This document shows positions 1 through 9,700 of a DNA stretch of 64,000 nt, piece after piece (position 1 is the first letter of the stretch; each line of letters begins with the position of its first letter). Under the pieces are notes generated by a model. The model did not search any database and was not told where the DNA came from. It was given only the letters and a program-made list of their open reading frames with translations. This stretch comes from Perkinsela sp. CCAP 1560/9 (Eukaryota > Protista > Euglenozoa: Kinetoplastea). The position numbers and the translations under genes were made by a program. The stretch spans positions 310,001 to 374,000 of the forward strand of contig CBFFSA010000007.1 of assembly GCA_965644495.1 (NCBI GenBank), read 5' to 3'.

Positions 1-234
1 AACCCTTTTAATAGAGACCCCCTTTTAATAGAAACAAAATTTTGGGGGAAGTTGTTGGGAATTGCTTTGGCGAAAGTAGAGAAGAAAAAGTGGAATGTTG
101 CTTAAAATGTGAGGAAAAATACTTAGAATTCACCTAACGTTCAATAGTCTCCACCATTCACCGCATCCGTGGAATCTCTTGTGAAATTAAAAGGAATTCA
201 ATATTGTACAAAATAAGAACCGGGGAGCGAAACA

Positions 235-915
235 TTATGAAAACCTGATCAATCGTTCTATGGGCGGCAGTTGCAGATATCGCGGTTTTAACGCAAGAGG
301 GGGGGATAATAATGACGCGGAGGCCATAACACATAGTAAAGCAGAAGCTATGGAACGCGTTTCCTTTCGTCTCCTCTTACAAAAACTATCGTTATGGATA
401 TGATTCGAGAGCACACTTGTCTCGCATCTTCGAACGCCCTCGAAGAGATACATTCGCGTTTTCGAAAAATGTATTACGGGTGTGGCGGCGTTGGGGAAGA
501 ACTCAGTTGCCCCTGTAGACGTTGATATCGCATTACACGCTGGGCAGAAAAACTGTATCGTCAAAATACAGTTCGACGCTACAGATTTGCAATATTCGGT
601 GATGAGACTGCTGTTTTCGTCAATGGAGAAGTACAGGGCCATACGCTTGCACCGATCCCATGCGCCCAACCCAAAAGTAAGGATACCAACCCTAAGGAAA
701 TTGTAACAGCTTTCTTGGCTGGTATTTATGATTTTGGGATGGACGAGGTGTACCCCTGCCTCCAACAGTAACTTTTGAGCATGGTGCCAAGTCTCGTGAA
801 ACATCAACGATTTACACAGATACAGTATGTTGCGTCTCGCCCCTACCATGAAAGGGATTTATATCGACGTTAGCCGATCTGGTTGGGTCAAAGACGACGT
901 GTACCCTCGCATTTT
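235..915 (+). pseudogene. Degenerate pogo-type (DDE_1) transposase fragment, paralog of 4516-5727
   Basis: The + strand reads, with frameshifts, YENLINRSMG...FAIFGDETAVFVNGEVQGHTLAPIPCAQPK..DTNPKEIVTAFLAG...GIYIDVSRSGWVKDDVYPR, collinear with the 4516-5727 product. Confidence 0.75.
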
Positions 916-1190
916 AAAAAACCATCTTCCTCTTAAAGGGGGTTAAGTTTGTCAATTTTCCTTTTCTATTCACTTTGTTCAACACGGCGGTTGTTTTCAG
1001 CGCGAAGCTATGCTATTAAAAAAAAGCTTTAAATTGAATACTACCACCGCTTTTAACGAAGAGATTAAAAAGAATTTGATAAAATGCCATCTTTTAAGTA
1101 AGAGGAATATAATGGGTAATAATATTAGCGGATATATTGGATCTTTCAGAAAACAATAACTTTATCCTTTTCCATAATTCGTTCTTCTTA

Positions 1191-2870
1191 ATGCATGAAT
1201 TTGAGATAACAGAGGGTGAGGCTACAATACGAATCCAACCGACTACCGAAGGAAACGAAAGCCAGGAGCATACCCAGCGCTTGGGAACCTTTTACAACAA
1301 AGTTCAATCTGTCAATCGCGACCTTTCAATTTTAGTAGTACAAAACTATATTGCTTCTCTTTTGCCGAAAACGAAATCCCGTCGAAAAGGATTAAAAGAC
1401 GGTGCTCGAATACTTGAGGCTTTAAGTGCCACTGGCATCCGTGCGATTCGTTACGCCAAAGAAATAGAAGGAATAGAGTATGTAATAGCAAACGACATGG
1501 ATAAAAACGCAGTAGACGAAATCCGACGAAATGTCTCTCGTAACGGATTATCTGAGCGTCTAGTTCAGCCGTTGCACGAAGAAGCTAATGCGCTTATGAG
1601 GAGACTTGGTACTGATACGCAAAATCGCGAAGATTCTACAAAGATAGACATCGTTGACCTTGATCCCTATGGTTCTGCGAGCCCATTTATTGATGCCGCT
1701 TTAGGATGTGCTGAAGACGGGGGACTTCTCTGCATCACCTGCACGGATGCAGCAGTGTTATGCGGTAAACATATTGGGACATGTTATGCTAAATATGGAG
1801 CAACGCCTTCGCAGGGTCCATTTTGTCATGAAATGGCGCTTCGAATACTGTTGCACGCTATTGAACAAAGCGCGAATCGTCAAGGAAGGTACATACACCC
1901 ATTATTGTCGGTTAAAGTTGATTTTTATTTTAGAGTCTACGTACAGGTGTTCAGTGGTTTAGCAGAAGTTAAGCTTTCGGTTTGCAAACGATCGTACAAC
2001 ATGCTTTGCACCCGTTGTGGTTTCTTCATGTCGCATCCTTGTGCAAGAACTCGAGCGCGGACTCGACCAACAAAACGAAATACTGTGTCAGATGCACAAA
2101 AAGCAGATACGCTCGAGGACACAGATTCAGCGGTAGAAAATTCGAACAGCGCCCAAGACTTTGGCATATGCTCGCCACATATTCATCCGAAAGAGCAAAA
2201 TCCATCTCTCCACGTATTTAATTCGACGTACAATTTTTCTTCAACCTCTTCAGCGCATGGATGCCCTTGTTGTAGTGGTTCCATGTGGTGCGCAGGTCCG
2301 TTTTATAACCAGGCGATGCACGACATTAATTTTGTCAACGAACTTGTTCAACAAGCTGCACTGCGCTCTCAACGTTCCTCACAGACTTTGCCTTCGCTAT
2401 CACGGGTATGCGCTCTGCTGAACGGCGTGCGGGATGAACTACATGACGTGCCGCTCTATTATTCTATCCCTCGCATGTGCTCCGTAATTAAAATTCCTGT
2501 GCCTCGCCTGTGTGAACTCACCTCGGCGTTGGGACGGGACGGCTATCGATGTTCTCAGACTCACTGCAACCCTGATGGGCTAAAAACGGATTGTCCAGGC
2601 ACAACATTGTACCGCATTTTGCTTGCGTACATGACCCAACGTACTTCCCAGGGTGCAGAAAGAAGAACCATTCTCCATCTAGAGGCTCTCACAAACATTA
2701 GTTTTAAGACAGATGATCAATACGATATCAGAACACGCAGGAAAAATTGTTTACCAGAGTTGGGGTTCGACATAAATCTTCCCCTGCGTAAATTCTTGCC
2801 TAATCCAGAGCCTAAGTGGGGGCCGAAACCTCGCCATAAAGCTGTGAAAACTAAAGAGAGCGCCCAATAG
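1191..2870 (+). CDS. TRM1: tRNA (guanine-N2,N2)-dimethyltransferase
   Basis: TFYNKVQSVNRDLS, ILEALSATGIRAIRYAKE, DLDPYGS and FLPNPEPKWGP motifs; first ATG at 1191. Confidence 0.95.
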   Translation: MHEFEITEGEATIRIQPTTEGNESQEHTQRLGTFYNKVQSVNRDLSILVVQNYIASLLPKTKSRRKGLKDGARILEALSATGIRAIRYAKEIEGIEYVIANDMDKNAVDEIRRNVSRNGLSERLVQPLHEEANALMRRLGTDTQNREDSTKIDIVDLDPYGSASPFIDAALGCAEDGGLLCITCTDAAVLCGKHIGTCYAKYGATPSQGPFCHEMALRILLHAIEQSANRQGRYIHPLLSVKVDFYFRVYVQVFSGLAEVKLSVCKRSYNMLCTRCGFFMSHPCARTRARTRPTKRNTVSDAQKADTLEDTDSAVENSNSAQDFGICSPHIHPKEQNPSLHVFNSTYNFSSTSSAHGCPCCSGSMWCAGPFYNQAMHDINFVNELVQQAALRSQRSSQTLPSLSRVCALLNGVRDELHDVPLYYSIPRMCSVIKIPVPRLCELTSALGRDGYRCSQTHCNPDGLKTDCPGTTLYRILLAYMTQRTSQGAERRTILHLEALTNISFKTDDQYDIRTRRKNCLPELGFDINLPLRKFLPNPEPKWGPKPRHKAVKTKESAQ

Positions 2871-3246
2871 ACAGGTTGGGAGGCGTGGTTTATAAGGATT
2901 ATTATTTCTATACCTAACTCGCGATTTCGAAAAAAATGTGTAATTTTCTACAATTTAGCAATTTTCTCCTCAATTGACCTACAAGGTTCGTCTACAAGAA
3001 CAATCTGCGCGAATGGAACAAAAAGAGTAAAAAAATGAAGAGCAATACAGTAATACAGTAATGTACGATAGAGTGAGAAAGTTCAGGACACCTCGATACT
3101 GATGAATGCGTACACTATTGTCAAGCAGTTACGCGACAGCCTTCCGAAGGCCTCACGGTTTAGGATCGATGAATGTAAAATTTATAATACTCCTTATACG
3201 CCTTACCCACATTTTCTTATCATTTGTATCAAACGTAAAACGTAAT

Positions 3247-3354
3247 ATCACATGACAAGTAACTCTGTGAGAGCTCTCGAATGCGCTATTATTTTCCAAA
3301 ATTGGCCTAGTCATAGGAATTTTGACTCCCCCCATATTTTCGTGCACCCCCCTG
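3247..3354. mobile_element. Solo right TIR of a Tc1-like MITE family (related to 51364-52077)
   Basis: tatcacatgac..gagagctctcgaatgcg..aaaattggcc..ccccctg|TA matches the TIR at about 51967-52077; no left partner seen. Confidence 0.75.
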
Positions 3355-4515
3355 TATGTTTTCGTCCGTAAAGATAACACGGGCAGTATCCATATTTTAG
3401 TTCGACGCAAACTGAACCCTTTTTATTTTTTGTCGTTCGGTAAGCCCTTGACATAGCGGCCGAGCGGTATAAGTGTAATCCAGGGATGATAAGTCTCTCT
3501 GCACTGCTCTTTTTGAAACTTGAGTATTCTTTTTCCGCAATTGGGCTGTTTTTCCGCAATTATGCGCCTTGATGGCTTAAATCTCGGTACTCCAACGGGT
3601 TCGAGAGGGGTTATTATCGTCATAATTTTCTTTTTATTATTTTTTTTGCGCTCAGGACTCAAAGTGTGTACTGGGGTAGTTTTCTTCTCTTACAAATATT
3701 TTTTAACGATCCTTCTAGAAACGCGAAGGTCTAGATGAGTGTACTGCCCAAGGTACCATTGAGTGTGGTGGCCTGATAGTGCTGCATATCACTCAATGGT
3801 ACGAGTAAGATTGTCCTGCTTCAAGGGACCACGAATACTGAACTGTTCGTTGATTTTTCATACGCTAATAATGAAGAATAATGCCACACAATGCCCTTAG
3901 CCGCTCAAAATGAGTGGATTACATGGGGATCTGAATTCGCCGGAGATGAACGGGGGATGAGAGCTCGCGTCGCAAGTTGACGAAGATCTTCTCTGTTAAT
4001 GAGATTTACACGATTTTAGAATGTACAGCCCATTAGGCGCACCTCGGAGCCCCAGAACACATACAGAGAACATCCAAAAAGAACGATTGCAAGTCGCGCA
4101 ACTCGATTCACAGGTGTCCTGGAGCTCTAAAGTCAGGTCAAATAGGAATGAGCAAGCATACCACAAGGTTAAGCCATTCCTTGGTCGCCAGCATGCGTAG
4201 GCGCATATAGACATCAATCAAGGCACAAGAAAGAGTTCCGCTAGTATTCATTTGAAGGTACATACTTCGTTTTTATGCATCAGTAAATTGTGTTTTTCGC
4301 CTAAAAAATCTTACCTCGAAATTGCAAAAAACCTGTTCACATGTTTTTCTTTACTTGCATACGATCACTCTTTTGTTACAAAGCCGATTGAGTCGGAATC
4401 TCTATGGCAACATACATGTATACCTAGTACCCACGCGTACACTACTCTGATATACTACTTCAATGCACACGACACCTGGCCACAGGGAAACACCAACAAC
4501 AAAAAAGTGTCAAAC

Positions 4516-5727
4516 ATGTGAACAGTTTTTTTGCATACTGTATACGAGAAGCGCGAAATCTGCCGATCGACTCTCTCGGTAAAGAGAATCCGAGAAAAAT
4601 ACGGAATTTCGCGAAGCGGAGTATATGAAATCCGTAGCCACGGTGTGAGCTACTTTCAAAAACTCATTGATCGTTCCATGGGGAACAACCACAGGAATCG
4701 TGCCTTTAACGTTCGAGGAGACGACTACAATGATCCCGAAGCAGTCTGCTACAATAAGTCTGAGGCAATGGAATGGGTACACCGCTCCTGCGTTCAAGCC
4801 TCCTCGTTATGGTGTCCCCTCACCAGAAATATTGTCATCGACATGATCCGACAAAATACGGGATTGACTTCAATTAGTGCTTTGGAAGACACTTATGCGA
4901 AGTTCAGACGGTACTACGGTTGGGTGTAGCGGCGGTGGGGCAGAATACAGTGCTTAGCCCCCGCTGATGTGAGCCTCAGAATTTCTCGTTGGGCTGAAAA
5001 GCTCTACGTTCAAAACACAGTCCGTTGCTACCGTTTCGCGCTTTTCGGGGATGAAACCGCCATGTTTGTCAATGGAGAGGTGCAAGGGTACACACTTGCT
5101 CCGGTAGGGTGCCCGCAACCTAAGGTAGTGGACACAAATCCAAAGGAAACAGTAACCGCATTTCTTGCGGGCGTTTATGATTTAGGGGCCGACGAAGTTT
5201 ACCCGCTCCACCCGACTGTAATTTTTGAGCACGGAGCGAAGCGCAGAGAAAGCTTAACAATTTATTCGGAAACGACGAGTTACGCGAATAAATTCAAAGG
5301 GATATTTATTGATGCGAGCTCTTCTGGTTGGGTGCGAGATGATATATCCCCGCATACTTATACGATATTTATATACGATATTTATACACGATATTTATAT
5401 CCCCGCATGATGTACCGATACTTGCCACTTACCCTGGAACAATCTTCAACGGCCATCGTTACTGACGACTTCACGGGGCATCGCACTGATGATATTCCCG
5501 TCAACTGTGACCCGCACACAATTCCTGGCGGGTGCACGAAAGCGATCCAAATCTACGACCGTGTATTCAATCGCCTATTTAAGAGGGCGTACAATGAGTT
5601 GCTCAGTGCATGGCGAATACAGAACTCTTCGTGTAAGGTAACTCGTTATTTGGTGCTGGAGTGGATAAAAGAGGCCTATTCGAGAGTGTGGGTAAAGCAT
5701 CACAACACTATTCTTAACGCTAACTAA
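4516..5727 (+). pseudogene. pogo-superfamily transposase (HTH_psq + CENP-B-type HTH + DDE_1, about DD30D) with two in-frame stops
   Basis: ORFs 4531-4929 and 4969-5727 share a frame (TGA 4519, TAG 4927). Motifs: KRIREKYGISRSGVYEI (HTH), FGDETAMF, IVTDDFTGH, IPGGCTKAIQIYDRVFNRLFKRAY. Confidence 0.75.
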
Positions 5728-6284
5728 TGCTTCATCCAGACAATGACCGCGGGGACATGGACGCAGAGGGGTGGGATCAGTCAGTAGCGCATGATGATAC
5801 TTTTGAATTGTAAAAGGGCTGTTAATTTGTTAGGTTATGATAAGTTTACGTAGGTTTGTTTCCGTGAGCTCTTAACGTTAGTCTTGTTTTTTCCCGTCGT
5901 GAACGTAAGTTCTTTCTTTCCACCTTTAGTTCATTTGTGTGAAACTTTGTATGAGTAGGAAGTTTGGGCTCGATTTTTACGTTAGAACATCTACAATTTA
6001 ACTGAATGGAACCTTTATAGCTACACAGAATATAGAACTGAATGTGAGCATGCATGATTTTTTGCTTGTTGTTAATTTTTTATTCCCAATTATAGTGTAC
6101 ATCAATAATGTATATCCTCCATGTACCCTTCACCCTTATGAAGAAGTGCCGCTTCACCCCTCATTGACGCCCTCCTTCCCGCCCTCTTCCTCTGCTCTCC
6201 TCGCCCTCCCTCCCTTTACAATTTTGATTTTTTGCCGTATTATGAGTAAAAAAGGCGCCGCGAAGCGGCGCCAAATTTTTTTTC

Positions 6285-6363
6285 ACACCCCCTTCATCGC
6301 CCCCCACCCCCTTTATTATGGACAAAAGCCGAAAAAGTGTCCATATTAAAGGGGGGGTCACAG
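6285..6363. mobile_element. Probable pogo-like right terminus
   Basis: gtgtccatattaaagggggggtcacag|TA with internal inverted motif ccccctttattatggaca; no matching left TIR found. Confidence 0.4.
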
Positions 6364-6576
6364 TACTATAGCTACTCAAGAAAAAGAGACGAGTAAATAA
6401 ATTATCTCTGTTAAAAAATGGAGTCGACGACTCAGACCAGAGTGTTAACAATATAGCCATCAAATTAAATAGTCAAGAACATTGATCTTCAGAATTGCAT
6501 CAAAAGTGAATTCATTAATCGAAAAAACAACGCGAAGAACAACGTACGCGATATTCAGGACGTAAAAAGCTGGACC

Positions 6577-6690
6577 AACTCCCTGGTGAGAGCTGGAACT
6601 GTTGAGCCAGGGGTTTCCCGGCCGAAAGGCCGCAGTCCTAACTCCCTGATGGGAGTCGGAACTGTTGAGCCAGAACTCCCCGGCCAAAAT
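6577..6690. repeat. Two ~63-bp imperfect direct repeats
   Basis: aactccctg(g/a)tg(a/g)gag..ggaactgttgagccag...cccggcc at 6577 and 6640. Confidence 0.85.
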
Positions 6691-6754
6691 ATATGGAGAT
6701 GTAAAAACGAAATTTTGACGAAGTTTAAAAATCAAAGATTACTCACGCTGCATT

Positions 6755-9700
6755 GAGAGGCTTGGCGTCCGACCGTCTCTCCCACAGGAAGTGCGCGTGA
6801 CTTTCCGAGCCGGGGCTAGCCAAGCTCTACTTCCTCTAGTGAGATGCAGTCTCCTATAACCCTGCTGGGGCAAAGCCGTAAGACGGTCGGACACCCCCCT
6901 TTTTATTTATTTCGCTTCGCGCTGCATTGACACAGAATACTCCTCCTCGAACGCACTTGGCAAAGCCGTCACAAAGAAACCGCGCGGCGGTGACGTGCCA
7001 GGCTTACGACGATTCCGCATATCACACGTGACCCGTAAGACTCAACCCATTGAACAACTCCAACGTTGCCCGGAGGTCACATACGACGCGCCATATAGAA
7101 TCCGTGATGCTCCCGTCAAGGTGTCAAAACTACCGCCCACTAAACCAAGTGTCCCTTGTGCCCATAAATGCCAGGACAAATCAGCATGCCTTCACGTATG
7201 TTGCAAAGTGAAACCCGAAAGGTCTGTTCATCCTAGAGTCCCTCTTCCCTCTTCGGAAGCCGTGGCTATAGACAGTTCACTAGCTCCCGGTAGAAGGCCC
7301 TGTAAGCATACGTGCCGCGACAAGACAAATTGTTTGCACCAGTGCTGCAAAATAGGAGTCCTCATCACGGGTGCTACAGATAATCCTCGACCAGAACGGC
7401 ACCTCGGGGAGTCACCACTAACACGGCCACATAGCCCACCGACAGTAGCCACATCGATAGAAACCGATCCGCAAGTCTCAACAGATGCCATACCGAGCGA
7501 AGAGGCCCAGTATGAGGAACTGTCAACCGGTAATCCGCCGTCGTCCGCCGTAATATCAGCAAACACGGCCAACTATCGCCCGTGTCGGCACATATGCAGC
7601 AATAAAACTCAGTGCAAACACCAATGTTGCAAGACAGGGGTCATGATCGTCGAAGAAAACAGTCAGAATCGAGTATGGTCACTTAGGAATTTGTTTACGA
7701 GGACATTTCCTGCCGATGCTAGCATAATATCACCACAGAATCACCCTAGCTGGCCATCCGAGACAGGAAACTTGAGCGGTACTCAGGCTGTAAACCACGA
7801 ACTCTCTCATACACGCACTCCCCCGGAACCTCATGTTAGTAGAGATAGCAATATAGAACGGATTATCAATTCGGAAGGTATCGTCAGATCTACAATTGAG
7901 CGTAGGAAATGTAAGTAACATTAAGAAAAAGTACCTACCCAACTTAGTTAACAAACCGAAAACAGGTCGCCCTCGCAAGCTTACAGAGACATGCTCCAAT
8001 CGCGTCCGCCGCCTCATCACCAGCGGTGCAACTAAGGATGCAGTCGCGACCAGTAAAAGGTTGAGAGATGAGGGGGTTGCAGATGTTTCGCCCCAAACCA
8101 TTCGGGTTTCCCTTCGGAAGCGTGGTTTGAAGGGGAAGAAGAAATTACGGAAACCCCACCTTACGAAGCGTCACAAAGCTCTACGTCTTGCCTTTGCGAA
8201 GAAGTATGAGCATTGGACGAACGCCGACTGGAGCCGTGTGCTTTTCACTGATGAAAGTAAGATCTGCCGTTTCGAGTCGAATGGCAGCCGGTGGGCGTGG
8301 GTGAGCTTTGGGGAAGCACTTTCAGAGCGAAATACACACAGCACCGTGAAGTACGGTGGGGGATCCATCATGGTATGGGGGTGTATGATGGCTCACGGCG
8401 TGGGCTCCATTGCTCTGGTTCATGGCAACATGAATGCTGAACAGTACGTTCAAATACTTCAACAGAATTTGTCTCCTTCCCTCCACAAGTTGGAAGTCAT
8501 GAAGGACCGGATCATCTTCCAACAAGATAATGATCCAAAGCACACGAGTAAGAAGGCCCGGGAATTCCTTCGTTTACAAGAATTGTGTGTCCTAGACTGG
8601 CCCCCGCAGTCTCCCGATTTAAATCCCATAGAGCACCTATGGGGCGAGCTCAAAAAGTCGACTGCGGATCATCCAGATCCTCCCGTAGGAATGTTGGAAC
8701 TTTGGGAACGCGCCCAAAAAGCATGGGCAGACCTTCCTCCGAGTGCATGTCTTCCTCTTGTCCGTAGCATACCCCCTCGTTTGAGGGCAGTAATTAGGGC
8801 GAAGGGGGGACTTACGAAGTATTAAGTTTTGGTCATTTTGGTTTGGTAAGGGTGAAGTAAGGCAAAGTTTTGGTCAAAAAAAAATAATCTCAAAAAAGTG
8901 AAAAAAGTGTTCAAGTGTTGGGATCGCATTATATCTTTCATAGTTTTTTATTGTAAGATCGTTGATGAAGTCTAAGTACGTGGGAATGTAAGCACTACTC
9001 CAGCCTACACTACTGTAATATACTACTGCATTATCCTCTGCATCTCTTTTGTAAAATATAAAAACATTAAAATTTGTGAAAACATTTGAACACTTTTGTT
9101 AGTTACTGTACCCCCTGAATCAGTCTCTCGCCGTAATTGCGCACATAAATGTAAAGACAAAACCAAATGTAAGCATTCATGTTGTCAAAAAGGAGTTCTC
9201 CTCAAAGCTGGCGAAATCGCATACTCTGCCATAAGCTGGACAGCGAAAAATATTCTATTCCTTGCGCTTGGTGATGCCGAACGCGCTGCAGCTTCTTCAC
9301 AAGCTTCGGAACCGCCCGCCCCAGTCGTGGCACCCCGCCTACCAGTTCGCACCAACTCCCTGCCCCGCACGAGTCCACTGTCCAGCCCTCTACGACATTT
9401 CCCACCAGCCCACGAGACGCAACCGGATTCCTCACCTTCTGTACCACGTATAGAATCCGTAGCAGAACCCGCGCTTTTGCCTTTACCTTTACCTTTACCT
9501 TCCCCACCAGAAGTAAATCGCAGACGCACGATACTGCAGAGAATCCCTCGAGCCCAGCACGCCCCAGCCCCAACCATTCAGCCTATTCGTGACCTGCAGA
9601 ATCTTCTCGAAACATTTGACACAATAACGGGAGGACGAGTTCTGGTACGTTTTACAGAGGAACAGTGGGGCAATATTATTACGAAAATTGAGGAACGTTG

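Noticed and set aside
235-849. 204-aa minus-strand ORF
   Set aside because: It is the antisense shadow of the + strand pogo remnant.
5712-5732. Spliced-leader-like taacgctaactaatgct
   Set aside because: Short chance match with no TTTCTGTAC core or splice donor.
6791-6862. Group II intron resemblance (GTGCG start, GAGCCG)
   Set aside because: No proper domain V hairpin, far too short, and the RT is non-LTR type.
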